This document shows, in pieces, positions 17,867 to 27,922 of a stretch of 64,000 nt of DNA. Each line of letters begins with the position of its first letter. Positions within the stretch are counted from its first letter, which is position 1. Below the pieces are notes generated by a model. It saw nothing but the letters and a program-made list of their open reading frames with translations, searched no databases and was not told where the DNA came from. A program made the translations under genes and the position numbers. Origin of the DNA: Candidatus Bathyarchaeota archaeon (GTDB lineage Archaea; Thermoproteota; Bathyarchaeia; 40CM-2-53-6); the NCBI GenBank assembly GCA_963733055.1, contig CAVTBR010000001.1, forward strand, positions 1,216,001-1,280,000, given 5' to 3'.

Positions 17867-18952
17867 CTAATCCCTGTTCTTCCGGGGCTGTTCGCGAGTA
17901 GGCTTGTTTCGGTCTCGACGCATTAGGAATTGTGCCTTCCTTCGGTAGTAGGATAGAGGATGGGTTATGTTTGCGCAGAGTTCGTCGGGGTTGACGCATA
18001 CGCCGTGGGTTCGCATCGTCGCGCAGTTAGGGGCTGTGTATTTTCTTCTTGAACCGCGTTTACCGGCAATGTGCTCGACCTGGTAGCGTGCTATGCGTTC
18101 ATCGAAATCGCTGAACGCTTTGAACATTTTGAGTAGATCCTCCTCGTTGGTTCCTATGTTGAGAAGGAACGCGGCCATAGCGAATCGTCCCATGTGCGAT
18201 ATGTGCTTGCTAGTCTGGAGAAGGCTGAGCAGGTTTCTCATGCAGGGTGGCATCGCCGAAGCCATAACCGCATGAGGCATTTCATCCGCCGCCAAATGTT
18301 GAGATCGAGCCTTTAGCATAGAACGGAGGGGTTCGACTCGTCGCGCAAGCTCGTCCGGCAGAGCCACCGTCGCATCGGCGGTCTTCTCCAGAACTCGCCC
18401 CTGTACTTCCTCTTCGAGGAGCCTAGCGAAATCTTCGCGAGGCAGAAGAACGTACCCTTCCGTCAAGACCCTGTTGACTAGTTTCCATCTCAAATCGTGA
18501 ATTCTAGCGGAATTTCGTACGTAGAACTTAAAGTGCAGCGCAAACTCGAAATGTGTCTCTCCCACATCCCTTTCAACGAGTTTCGCGTCCCAACCGAATG
18601 AACCCGTAGCTATCTGAAGCAATTTTTCGGGGGATTCATACCTGAGTAGCTCGTATGCCCGCTTAGCCTCGGCGAGCGCAAATCGCCGTCGAGTTCTATC
18701 GTCCCCTACCGAACTGATCAGCATTAGGGCGGTTGGGTACGCGAGGATGTCAACATCCTCTTGAGTGAGGTCCGCTGATATCCTTCCGCCGAACACCCCC
18801 TGCCTAATCCGTTCCATGGCGCGTTCAAGAATCGGGACCAGTTCCGGCCGAGTCAACTCTATCGGGTCGATGTTTCGGGACCTTATGTAACTCGACGCCT
18901 CTGACGTAAACGGGAACTTTGCAAGGTCAAGCTTCGTCAGAAGAGTCTGCAA
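17867..18952 (-). CDS. priL: DNA primase large subunit
   Basis: LAKFPF, WKLVNR, PPCM, YQVEHIAG and four Fe-S cysteines. Confidence 0.95.
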   Translation of the reverse strand: MQTLLTKLDLAKFPFTSEASSYIRSRNIDPIELTRPELVPILERAMERIRQGVFGGRISADLTQEDVDILAYPTALMLISSVGDDRTRRRFALAEAKRAYELLRYESPEKLLQIATGSFGWDAKLVERDVGETHFEFALHFKFYVRNSARIHDLRWKLVNRVLTEGYVLLPREDFARLLEEEVQGRVLEKTADATVALPDELARRVEPLRSMLKARSQHLAADEMPHAVMASAMPPCMRNLLSLLQTSKHISHMGRFAMAAFLLNIGTNEEDLLKMFKAFSDFDERIARYQVEHIAGKRGSRRKYTAPNCATMRTHGVCVNPDELCANITHPLSYYRRKAQFLMRRDRNKPTREQPRKNRD

Positions 18953-19015
18953 GCTAACCGCCCCTACGTAATGGAAGGTGGATGAAAGAGTTCTTGCATT
19001 CGGGCGTTTACGCGT

Positions 19016-19768
19016 CTACTCCGCTTCAATCCTTGGCGCGAGGAAGTAGAGCAACTTACCCTGCTGGGGCATTTCATACTCCAATCTTACCGGCATATTT
19101 GATGAGAACTCAAGCGTCACGAGTTCCGCCGCCGATGATCCGGCTTTCGATATTTCCGCGAGGTAATTGAGGTTGAACGTTGCCTTACAAGGTTCCTTAA
19201 CCTCAAGCTCCAAAAGAACATCGCTACCCTTCTCTAATTCGATCTTCGCGCCGCTCAGTTCCGTAACGGCTTCGGCGATGAATTTCTCCGGAGTGCTTTC
19301 AAACCTGACGTTGTCGCTGACGGTTTGAATTTGGTCGATTATGTCCTTGAAGCTTGAGCTAATCATCTTAATCTTCGTGTTGAAAGCTATCTTCGGGGTC
19401 GGGACCTCCTCGTCGCCCGGATCGAGGGTAGGCAGGGTGAATGTGGTCTTCCACTTACCCTTGATCACCATACTCAGTTTGCGAGTCGTTTCATCGTAGG
19501 ACATTTCAAGTGGTTCTTGGCCCGCGCCCCTAAGTTTCTTGACTATGTCAGTTACGTTGAGCCTAATCTTCGTGGGTTGAAGGCAAGTATACTCTTCAAA
19601 CGCTGATTTGTTCCATTCGAAGTCAACCATCGCGACATGGGATGGGTCCATGGATCGCAGCTTGATGCCTTCGGGTGAAGCGTTAACGTCCGCTTCTTCG
19701 ATCAACGTTGATACGGCAGCAAGCATGTTCCTCCAGAGCCTAGCATCACTAATCGTTGCCTTGAACAA
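19016..19768 (-). CDS. pcna: DNA polymerase sliding clamp PCNA
   Basis: SMDPSHVAMVD, YFLAPRIE. Confidence 0.97.
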   Translation of the reverse strand: MFKATISDARLWRNMLAAVSTLIEEADVNASPEGIKLRSMDPSHVAMVDFEWNKSAFEEYTCLQPTKIRLNVTDIVKKLRGAGQEPLEMSYDETTRKLSMVIKGKWKTTFTLPTLDPGDEEVPTPKIAFNTKIKMISSSFKDIIDQIQTVSDNVRFESTPEKFIAEAVTELSGAKIELEKGSDVLLELEVKEPCKATFNLNYLAEISKAGSSAAELVTLEFSSNMPVRLEYEMPQQGKLLYFLAPRIEAE

Positions 19769-20013
19769 TCATTAATCACCAAATATTCAGCAGTCTCCTA
19801 GTGACTCAACCCTAGGCATTTAAGAGACTTGTTTTTGATAGTTGGGGAACTTGACCTAAAGATCGTTTTCCAATAGCCAGGCAGGCATTGCCGGGCCGGA
19901 GAGGCAATAGAATTTTCTCCAGGGTAAAAGCTATAACTTAATCGCCGTTCAAGAATTCCGCTGCGCTACAACTCAAGTTCTTAGGTCAAGAAAACTCGCG
20001 CGATGGAAATCAC

Positions 20014-21738
20014 ATGCCCAGCTCAAGGAATTGCAAACCTTCACGTCTCCGGATACAAACCGCGCTCCTCATTCTATTCATCTGCTTGTTTAGTTGCATC
20101 GTTCAACTTCCCAGTGGGGTCCGAGGAACGCATACTGCTGATTCAGCGTTCGCTGTTCCAGTTAAGATCGAAACCTACGGTAACGCATGGGATGGTTATC
20201 TTGCGTTTGGACTATGGGACTTTCCATACAGCTCGACAAATTTCTCCCTCACCCCATCTAGCTACCTCGTAGTGATGACGACAAAGGGGCAGTTGCTTGA
20301 TCTCCGAACGACCCCGGCTAATACTAATCCAGCGACTTCGATCCCAGGGTTTGCAGGGGTAACCAACCCCATCTACGCGCCCATCAAATACATGGGTAAC
20401 GATTTGCTGATGTTCCAAGGAGAACCAGATACAGCCACACACTTTTGGAATCTGAAGACAAATCTGACAGCTGATTTTCCGAATGTCTATGGTCACCATG
20501 ACATGATTTACAATCCGAACACTCGAACCTTTCTCACTTTGACAAGCTATGTGAGACAGATTGATGGCAGGAACGTGTTGATGGATGCCGTCGTCGAACT
20601 CGATAGGATGGGTACCCCAGTCTGGAGCTGGGACACGTATGCGAACGGACATTTCAGCCTGAAAGATGAGTGCCTCTGTAACGCCACAACGGTAGTTAAC
20701 GGTCAGACCGTGATCGATCTGACACATGCAAACAGCCTCCAGTGGAATTTCCAAACTAACATGATTTACATGAACATGCGAGCTCTCGACACGTTCTGCA
20801 AGATCAACAAGACAACTGATCAAACCGTATGGTGTTTGGGGAGACGCGGGAATTTCACTCTGCTAGGGTCGGATGGGAAACAGGTTCCGAGCTTATGGTA
20901 CCACGCCCACGATCTTCGAGAAGTACAACCAAACGTCTTCACAATGTTCGACGATGACTACGACAACACAACCAACGCCACTAACCCCTGCCCCGCGACC
21001 TTCGAAGAAACCAACGCTCACAGCAGGATGCTGCAAATTACAGCGAATGAAAACAACGAGACCGCATGGGCAAGCTGGAGCTGGACAGCGCCCAGGGAGG
21101 ATTGGACTCCCTACTGGGGATCAGTTGATAGATTGCCAAATGGAGACTGGTTCGGCGACTTTGGCTCGCAAAGTCACTACCTGCCTGGAAGCGGAATAGG
21201 TTCCCCGCTTTCGAACAGCACGGGTGCGGTGTTGGTCGAGGTGAACCCGAAAGGGGAAGTGGTCAGAACCTACACATTTGCCTACGGTTGGGGAATCTAC
21301 CGAGTCGTACCCATAGCCCTGCAAACAATCAATGACTACGAAGGAACCGTGCGCACGAATGCTTTCTCCATTAACCTCACTACACTCAATGACCTCGGAG
21401 GACCAACCAGCATCTACTACAGAATCAACAATGGGTCAACGAGATCCGTTGCCGCGGATGGACAGCCTTACATCACCACTCAGGGGAGCAATAATACGTT
21501 GGAGTATTGGAGTGTTGACAGCAACGGGATCGAAGAGTTGCCGCACAAGATACTAGCTGGAATAGGACTTGAGAATAGCGGTGGTTCTCCCACTCCGACG
21601 AGCGAGTTAACGCAATCGAATCTACTGCATCCCGCTTCAGGTTTCTCCACGAACGTAATAGTTGCGGTCAGCGTTGTGGTCGGAATCATAATCGCGGTAT
21701 CATATGTAGCGCTAATGGTAAGAAAACGAAGGAGATGA
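20014..21738 (+). CDS. Arylsulfotransferase (ASST)-like beta-propeller, membrane anchored
   Basis: Signal peptide, HHD, THANSL, HAHD, GSVDRLPNGD; C-terminal TM plus RKRRR. Confidence 0.78.
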   Translation: MPSSRNCKPSRLRIQTALLILFICLFSCIVQLPSGVRGTHTADSAFAVPVKIETYGNAWDGYLAFGLWDFPYSSTNFSLTPSSYLVVMTTKGQLLDLRTTPANTNPATSIPGFAGVTNPIYAPIKYMGNDLLMFQGEPDTATHFWNLKTNLTADFPNVYGHHDMIYNPNTRTFLTLTSYVRQIDGRNVLMDAVVELDRMGTPVWSWDTYANGHFSLKDECLCNATTVVNGQTVIDLTHANSLQWNFQTNMIYMNMRALDTFCKINKTTDQTVWCLGRRGNFTLLGSDGKQVPSLWYHAHDLREVQPNVFTMFDDDYDNTTNATNPCPATFEETNAHSRMLQITANENNETAWASWSWTAPREDWTPYWGSVDRLPNGDWFGDFGSQSHYLPGSGIGSPLSNSTGAVLVEVNPKGEVVRTYTFAYGWGIYRVVPIALQTINDYEGTVRTNAFSINLTTLNDLGGPTSIYYRINNGSTRSVAADGQPYITTQGSNNTLEYWSVDSNGIEELPHKILAGIGLENSGGSPTPTSELTQSNLLHPASGFSTNVIVAVSVVVGIIIAVSYVALMVRKRRR

Positions 21739-21834
21739 AATCGAACCAGGAACACACTCGTGTCTAGAATGGTGCGAGACCTGAGGCGGGGCTTCCAACT
21801 AGCAATTGCCTAGCAAGCGTTACTACTACGCGGT

Positions 21835-22158
21835 CTAGGAATTTTCTCGCCAGGTAGATCCACAACTTGCACATCGGAAAAACTGCGTTGACGACTCATC
21901 CGCACCACGGGTTTGGACCAACCAGTAGAATGCTTCCTTATGCCCACACTTTGGACAGTCAACCTTCGTCTTCGGCAAGGTTCGAATCTTCTGCTCCTCC
22001 TTGCCGATCACCACTACGTTCTCTTTCTGCTGTTCAAGTTTCTGCACAGTGCGGTCTGAGCGCTTAGTTTCGTAACCACATTTCGGACAGCTGAGCACCA
22101 CCGTCTTCTGCTTCTTAGTGGGCAGAAGCGCGAGGCCGCACTTTGGGCAAAACTGCAC
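21835..22158 (-). CDS. tfs: Transcription factor S (TFS)
   Basis: Two zinc ribbons and QTRGADE acidic hairpin. Confidence 0.95.
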   Translation of the reverse strand: MQFCPKCGLALLPTKKQKTVVLSCPKCGYETKRSDRTVQKLEQQKENVVVIGKEEQKIRTLPKTKVDCPKCGHKEAFYWLVQTRGADESSTQFFRCASCGSTWRENS

Positions 22159-22348
22159 CTTTGATAACGACCGCGAGCAAAATCAATACGAGTTCCATTT
22201 AAGCGTTACTTGCTTTTCGACTCGTAATTCAAGAAATCGCGTCTTTCGTGTCATCCTGAGTCTTTCGTGCCGCCTCTCATCTGCACTTAACGTTGAGGTG
22301 GCGGGACAGGAGACCAGTGAGGGTTGTGAACGAAATGTTCTGCGAGTG

Positions 22349-22717
22349 CTAGTGGGGTGTTAGCCGTCGAATCTTGGGTTCGATTTCTTTGAAAACTGCA
22401 CCAGCGTCGTCCCTGTCCGCAGAGATCGCTAGATACCCGCCCCGAAGCGGGGCTAAGAGCACGGCGTCTTTCTCCATATTTACGATCAGACTCTGCACCT
22501 TCCCCGCGCCGCCGGTCGGGGACAGTCGTTCAGCGATCCCGGTCATTAACTGCGGCCCGAACTCCATGAACGCCCTATCATCTTCTTCAGGCGTATAGCT
22601 GGTAAGGCCAGGCCGCATTTGAGAAAATGCGATTCTGCCGGACTCGGTGGAGAATGACGCCCACCTGATCTTTGCGTGCAGTTGAAAAATTTCCTCAGGA
22701 GATATGAGTTCAGTCAA
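22349..22717 (-). CDS. Roadblock/longin-like small protein (DUF6659-like)
   Basis: IRWA....GR.....R.GL pattern, alternating alpha/beta, LAIS strand. Confidence 0.55.
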   Translation of the reverse strand: MTELISPEEIFQLHAKIRWASFSTESGRIAFSQMRPGLTSYTPEEDDRAFMEFGPQLMTGIAERLSPTGGAGKVQSLIVNMEKDAVLLAPLRGGYLAISADRDDAGAVFKEIEPKIRRLTPH

Positions 22718-22746
22718 AAATCCTCAAACATCTCTTCAGATATCGA

Positions 22747-23331
22747 TCATCTGTGCGAATTTATGAGTTTTGAGCGAGTATAGTTTTTGGTAATCTTAAC
22801 CTTTTGCTGTCGGTTGAGGAACTTACTCCTTGAAACTTGTTGAACCAACAAATCTGCTACCCTAACCGCTTCCGGTATCCAGCTAGTGGGAGTGCAACCT
22901 ACATTGAACACTTGTTCCACGTCTTTTCCAGTTATATGAACTGCTACCACGGAAACATGACGTCCATTCACGATGATATCATAACGCTTTGGGCCACGAG
23001 AATCCACCGCGTTTCTCGGCGCCTTCGAGTCGCGTCGGTTCATGATGGCGATGACTGGAAGATTGACCAGTCGAGCCAAATCAGTTAAGTTTGTCTTCAA
23101 GCCGGGAACAGGTTCTTTTTTCACGATTATAGCATGAAGCTGTGAATACTGTTTCGATCCCTTGATCGCTTCGGATAACCTGGAATCCTGGTTTGTCGCA
23201 TTCATTTCCAGGGAGCAGCTGATTACTCCATCCAACCACAGGGCGCCCCTGAAGACTACACCCACCACCAATATCGAGCGGCCCTTTCGGTGGACGCTCA
23301 AGCCCAGAATTCTAGCTTCTCTCTTAAGCAA
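22747..23331 (-). CDS. DUF99 family (endonuclease V-like) protein, divergent
   Basis: RILG, VGVVFRG..LDGV, LPVI, IPEAVRVA; usual GIDD acidic motif replaced by GLSV. Confidence 0.75.
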   Translation of the reverse strand: MLKREARILGLSVHRKGRSILVVGVVFRGALWLDGVISCSLEMNATNQDSRLSEAIKGSKQYSQLHAIIVKKEPVPGLKTNLTDLARLVNLPVIAIMNRRDSKAPRNAVDSRGPKRYDIIVNGRHVSVVAVHITGKDVEQVFNVGCTPTSWIPEAVRVADLLVQQVSRSKFLNRQQKVKITKNYTRSKLINSHR

Positions 23332-23341
23332 ACTCTAACCG

Positions 23342-23710
23342 CTACGCCCCCGGAAGACGCTCCGCCGCTAGTTTCAGCAGCTCGGATAATCCCGCTTGAG
23401 GCCCATCTGGGTTCTGGGTTAGTACGCGCACGCTTTCTTCGATCGTTAGTAGTTGTCTTCGGTAAGCTTCCATAAGCAGCGATTCGGAAGCGTTTGCAAG
23501 GTCCTTCTTAGACAATCGCGTTCCTAGATATTGCCTCAGCCCAGCTAGCTTGAACGCTTCGGATAGGATCTTGTCGCTGACCTTAACACCCTTTGGATGC
23601 CCGTTGATCTGTGTAAGAGCGAGAGAGTAAACGAAATTAACGAAGGCATCTCCTAAGCTCGCAAGCTGCCGATCGCGCACGGCACGTTGGATTGTTTCTA
23701 CGTTACCCAT
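23342..23710 (-). CDS. Archaeal RNase III-like family protein
   Basis: LASLGDAFVNFVYSLAL, KVSDKIL, ANASESL. Confidence 0.82.
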   Translation of the reverse strand: MGNVETIQRAVRDRQLASLGDAFVNFVYSLALTQINGHPKGVKVSDKILSEAFKLAGLRQYLGTRLSKKDLANASESLLMEAYRRQLLTIEESVRVLTQNPDGPQAGLSELLKLAAERLPGA

Positions 23711-23994
23711 CAGGCAGGCTCGACAGCCTTAGCGAACTTTTCGTTGAATTCCTTGTTGAGTTCCTGCACGTTCTCAAGTGCGTTTAACAGAGTCTTCTCG
23801 GGTGACACTTCACGTTTCGTTCTTACGTAAATGATGCTCGAACGAATGAGTGGGTGCGGTTGATCGTAGCCGGCCAGCTCAACGTTCTTGTCCTCTAGCA
23901 GAACATTTTGCAGTAGATTGCAGAATGTGTGGTCTTCACCGACTATCTCGAGCCTAAGCTCATTTTTCGACTTCGCTAGAACCTTAACTTCCAC
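23710..23994 (-). CDS. rpoL: RNA polymerase subunit Rpo11 (L)
   Basis: GEDHTFCNLL, AGY..PHPL. Confidence 0.95.
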   Translation of the reverse strand: MEVKVLAKSKNELRLEIVGEDHTFCNLLQNVLLEDKNVELAGYDQPHPLIRSSIIYVRTKREVSPEKTLLNALENVQELNKEFNEKFAKAVEPA

Positions 23995-24580
23995 TTCTCT
24001 CCACCTCTCCCTCTGGTCTCATTAGATCATCCGCAAGTCTTCTCCTTTCAATGTTTCCACACGAGGGGCACTGTAATCTTCGGTTCGTAAACTCCAGTAC
24101 ACTACCACAGCTTGAACAGAACGCTTTGATTACCCCTAACCCGCGCCCCGCTGTTGTCAGCTGTGGGACGCGGTTGGTCATGTCTATTACTCGAGTGCGA
24201 AGGATGTCTCCAGCCTTACAAACATCTGACATGCTTCGTTCATAGCGTGGACTGGAGGAGGAGATGTGAAGTAGGGCTGTGAATGGAGGTTGGACGGCCT
24301 TATCGTCAATCTTCCAGATGTTTACGGTAGCCATCTTCTCTTGCGTATGAATGACGGAGGCTATGACTGTTGTTCCTTCCTTCGGAAGTAGGACCGTCCT
24401 TGTTGCTGGGACGACTGTGACTCGTTTGTTCTTCAGGTCGATTCGCGCGTTACCAGTGTAGTTTGCGTATATCGTGCCCTCGGTTTCGTATGTCCCAGCG
24501 CCGGGCAGAAATTGTTCTATGACACCTATTTTATCGCCCGGTAGTACGGGCTGAACCATCTCATTTTGTGGCTTACTCAA
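23984..24580 (-). CDS. csl4: Exosome RNA-binding subunit Csl4
   Basis: VLPGDKIG..E..PGAGTYE, S1 domain, LGVIKAFCSSCG...CPSCG.E.R. Confidence 0.94.
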   Translation of the reverse strand: MSKPQNEMVQPVLPGDKIGVIEQFLPGAGTYETEGTIYANYTGNARIDLKNKRVTVVPATRTVLLPKEGTTVIASVIHTQEKMATVNIWKIDDKAVQPPFTALLHISSSSPRYERSMSDVCKAGDILRTRVIDMTNRVPQLTTAGRGLGVIKAFCSSCGSVLEFTNRRLQCPSCGNIERRRLADDLMRPEGEVERSGS

Positions 24581-24718
24581 ACCTCATTACCCTTTACCAG
24601 GCAATCCCCCCTCGAATTATCACACGCCGACTGGATGTCGGGTGAGCTGAGTTGGTGATTGCGCAGATTCGCGTTCGTTAGCTGCGGCCCGCTATATAAG
24701 CGCGGATTCAAATTTCCG

Positions 24719-25363
24719 TCAGGTTCGGACGATTCGGAACACGTCTACCTCAACAAATCGTTTCGGTTTTCTGTGGAATGAAAACTGATGCGGTATCTCC
24801 ATCTTCGTACTCATAATTCGTTCCCCCTTGAGCCCTTGATTCTCCAACCAGTGTCCAAGAAAGCTGCGCGTTGAGGATTTGTGAATACTGTAGATAACGG
24901 GTGCTAGGCTTTGAGCGCATTGCAGGAATTGAATGTCTGCGTGAGGTTGTTTGGTGCCGAAAGGTGGGTTCATGAGAACCGTGTCGAAGGAACCACGAAT
25001 GATACCAATATCTCCAACGACCCAGTCCGCCTCTACGCCGAGAACCCTCGCGCTTTGTGAGGCAACATGAATGCTTGGAGCGTCAATGTCTACACCAAGC
25101 ACGGTCCTCGCGCCAAGAATTGAGGCGCCCAATGCCAGCCTACCGGTTCCAGTTCCAAGATCAAGCACGCGTTTCCCTTCGATGTCATCGTGCGCGTAGC
25201 AAGCGGTGAAGAGAATTTCGGCGGCGAGGTCGGCTGGGATCGTGTACTGTTCGAGGGCCGCGTCGGGTTTGGGGTGGGGTTTCACTTTCTGTAGCGCGAT
25301 TGCCAAATCGTGTTTGCGGATTTTGATGGGTCGGGTTGGCAAGGCCAGCTGCCTTAGTGCCAT
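24719..25363 (-). CDS. METTL5-like N6-adenine RNA methyltransferase
   Basis: LEQYTIP, DLGTGTG, MNPPFG, YSIHK. Confidence 0.9.
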   Translation of the reverse strand: MALRQLALPTRPIKIRKHDLAIALQKVKPHPKPDAALEQYTIPADLAAEILFTACYAHDDIEGKRVLDLGTGTGRLALGASILGARTVLGVDIDAPSIHVASQSARVLGVEADWVVGDIGIIRGSFDTVLMNPPFGTKQPHADIQFLQCAQSLAPVIYSIHKSSTRSFLGHWLENQGLKGERIMSTKMEIPHQFSFHRKPKRFVEVDVFRIVRT

Positions 25364-26364
25364 TCTTCCAGCGTCATTCCTTTAGTGTAATCTTCCCAAC
25401 TTTTCTTTCCGAGTGCTATCATGACCTCTTCAGGATTCAACATCGGCTTGCGGTAGCGTTCTTGGTCGTCGGTGCTTATGCGTGGGCAGGAGATCTCCAC
25501 GTATGCCTCAAGGTCTATGAATGACTCGAGGCTTTCAGGAATAACTTCAGCGACGCATATGAGAATGGCCGATTGGCCGTTCGCTTCCAAGAGTTCTTTG
25601 AGGCGGCGCGCGAGGGCGATGTTCATCTGGCTACTTTTCATGCCTACGATGACGCCAACTCTCTTGCTCTCCTTGAACCTCTCGATGTTTATCCATCTCT
25701 TCCTGAGCAGCCTGCGACAGTCTTCGGTCATGTCTTTGGCCGTTTGTTGGAAGGGGTCGACTACGATCGTCCGTTTGCCCGTGGCTAAGGGTATCCCGAG
25801 AGCGTGAAAGTCCCCCCCGCTCAAAACCACGATGGCATCCACTTTCTCAGCAATCGCGCGCACGCTACCATAATCGCACCCCAGCACCTGGCCGGGATAT
25901 CGCAGCCAACCCGACGGTCTCCCAATCATCACCTCCTTGCCACCACCCTCAAGAATTTCCTTCGCCTTGCCGAGCTGATGGATATGTTGAATGTTCGAGG
26001 CAAGACCGATCATGTGTTCTTTCGCTAGCATGTCTACCGCCAGCTTCATCGGTCCCTCTATAGTCTCGTCGGCACGCGCCTCTACGTACAGAACACTCTC
26101 TTCGGGGAATTCTCCAGGTATCTCCGCGTGGCCGATGTGCACCAGCAGATCGGCGTTAATGTGCGCTTTTGGGTTTAGTGCGAGGTCGCACGCCCCGTAG
26201 CAGGGGTCACCCGAAACAAACACTTCAACTGCACTTTCTTTTTCGAGAAGTCTCGCGAGTTTGAACCCAATTGGTTTTAGGCCCTCGGGCATTTGGAGGA
26301 GGATGCGTTTTGAGCCGCGTCTTCTAATCTCCTCGATGATCTTAGCTTCCTCGATCTGATACAT
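25354..26364 (-). CDS. dph2: Diphthamide biosynthesis enzyme Dph2
   Basis: LQMPEGLK, PCYGACD, GQVLGC, SCPRI. Confidence 0.95.
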   Translation of the reverse strand: MYQIEEAKIIEEIRRRGSKRILLQMPEGLKPIGFKLARLLEKESAVEVFVSGDPCYGACDLALNPKAHINADLLVHIGHAEIPGEFPEESVLYVEARADETIEGPMKLAVDMLAKEHMIGLASNIQHIHQLGKAKEILEGGGKEVMIGRPSGWLRYPGQVLGCDYGSVRAIAEKVDAIVVLSGGDFHALGIPLATGKRTIVVDPFQQTAKDMTEDCRRLLRKRWINIERFKESKRVGVIVGMKSSQMNIALARRLKELLEANGQSAILICVAEVIPESLESFIDLEAYVEISCPRISTDDQERYRKPMLNPEEVMIALGKKSWEDYTKGMTLEEWH

Positions 26365-26434
26365 GGTTAAACGGTTGTTAGCTGACTAACTGCCCAACTT
26401 AACCGTTCCCTCGCATGAAGTCTGGTCACGAGCC

Positions 26435-27166
26435 ATGGCACCTATGGAAATCCCAACTAGGTTCGTCGAGAAAGTGAAGTTCGTTCAAACGATCTTCACC
26501 GACGTCGAAACTGAATATGATCGCCTTCTTCACTTGATGACGCTCACGTTCGACTCTGCATGGCGAGGAAGGATGCTATCTAAGATTGATTTCGGCAGCG
26601 AAATTTCAGTATTGGATCTCGCGTGCGGGACGGGACTAGTTACGTTCGAACTCGGACGCCGTGCGAGAGCTGGAGGCTTGGTTGTGGGCCTAGATCTAAG
26701 CCCTGCAATGCTTAGTGTCGCCGTACGAAAGAAAGCAATGAAGCTTAGCAATTGTTCCATACAATTCGTTAGGGCAGTAGGTGAATCCCTGCCGTTTCGC
26801 GAAGACTGCTTCAACTACGTTACTGTGGGCTTGGCATTGCGTAATTTCGCAAACAAGTTAGCCGTCTTCAAAGAGAGTCTGCGAGTCCTGACGGGATTGG
26901 GGTGGTTCTTCTCGGTTGATTTTGTTCACCCCGACAACAATACTGTGTGGTTGATCTACAGATTTCACATATTCCACGTTCTCCCAACCCTAGGCCGGAT
27001 CGTGTCCAGCTACTGGAATCGAACCCTAGTCTACCTTGCAAACACAATCCTGCTCTCGACTCGGATACCTGAGTTAAGCAACCTGCTTGAAGAGGCGGGC
27101 TTTCGGAGCACATTGGTGGAGAAAATGAGTTTGGGGATTGTTGCGCTAATTGGGGGACGAAAGTAA
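26435..27166 (+). CDS. UbiE/MenG-family SAM methyltransferase
   Basis: F..V...YD, LDLACGTG, DLSPAML, LRNF. Confidence 0.85.
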   Translation: MAPMEIPTRFVEKVKFVQTIFTDVETEYDRLLHLMTLTFDSAWRGRMLSKIDFGSEISVLDLACGTGLVTFELGRRARAGGLVVGLDLSPAMLSVAVRKKAMKLSNCSIQFVRAVGESLPFREDCFNYVTVGLALRNFANKLAVFKESLRVLTGLGWFFSVDFVHPDNNTVWLIYRFHIFHVLPTLGRIVSSYWNRTLVYLANTILLSTRIPELSNLLEEAGFRSTLVEKMSLGIVALIGGRK

Positions 27167-27174
27167 CCATGTGT

Positions 27175-27867
27175 TTAGAGAAGTTTTGAAATGATTAAGC
27201 CGATGGCTAATGCAATAATCGCGTAACATTCCAATTGTACGACCGTCCATACGGCCTTGCGTGCGTAACGTGAAAACTCGATTAGATCAGAGTTTGGGAT
27301 GGTGCCAAGTTTCTTGGACAGCTGTTGCGGGCGAAATCTATGCGTTAGAAGAACTATGCTGATCGCGATAAATGTCGCCATAACTGAAACAATGAGAGGT
27401 TGGAGGGTAATGATTGGGGATTGAATGAAGTACCCTGCGAATGTTGTCAAGCCCCCCCAACTCACGCCAAACCAGCCTACGCGATGAAATCTGCCGCCGA
27501 AGAGTTCTGAGTTGTACGCTAGGATGAAGAAGGCCGCGACAAATGCGAGAACCCCGATTCCAACGCTGACAGTCCACGATAGGTAAATGGCCACTATTGC
27601 ACCGCCAGAGATTCCGGCTATCGCTAAACAGCGAAGAGTTGAATCCCCAAATTGCGTGTGGAGGGGTCTGCCATGGAGTTCGTCGAGGCTGTACGCGCCT
27701 AAGCAGAGGGCGAGTAAGATTCCGAGGTAGGTTAGGAGCAAGCGATCCAGGTAGACCGTTTCTGAGAGTGCGGCGCCAATCGTAGCAAATGCTAAGACGC
27801 AGAAGGGGAGCGGAAGGTGCATCAGCCTAACGAAGTCCGAAGCGGCTGAGCGTTGCACGTTGGTCAT
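27175..27867 (-). CDS. UbiA-like multi-pass membrane protein
   Basis: HLP, AYSLDELHGRPL acidic motif, AYNSELFGGRFH, ~7 TM. Confidence 0.6.
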   Translation of the reverse strand: MTNVQRSAASDFVRLMHLPLPFCVLAFATIGAALSETVYLDRLLLTYLGILLALCLGAYSLDELHGRPLHTQFGDSTLRCLAIAGISGGAIVAIYLSWTVSVGIGVLAFVAAFFILAYNSELFGGRFHRVGWFGVSWGGLTTFAGYFIQSPIITLQPLIVSVMATFIAISIVLLTHRFRPQQLSKKLGTIPNSDLIEFSRYARKAVWTVVQLECYAIIALAIGLIISKLL

Positions 27868-27922
27868 AGACCAGTTTTCGGCTTGCAGCGCTAAAGAAGC
27901 TTCTTTCCCTAAATAGGCTGAG

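Noticed and set aside
20212-20823. 203-aa minus-strand ORF
   Set aside because: Antisense shadow of the ASST-like gene
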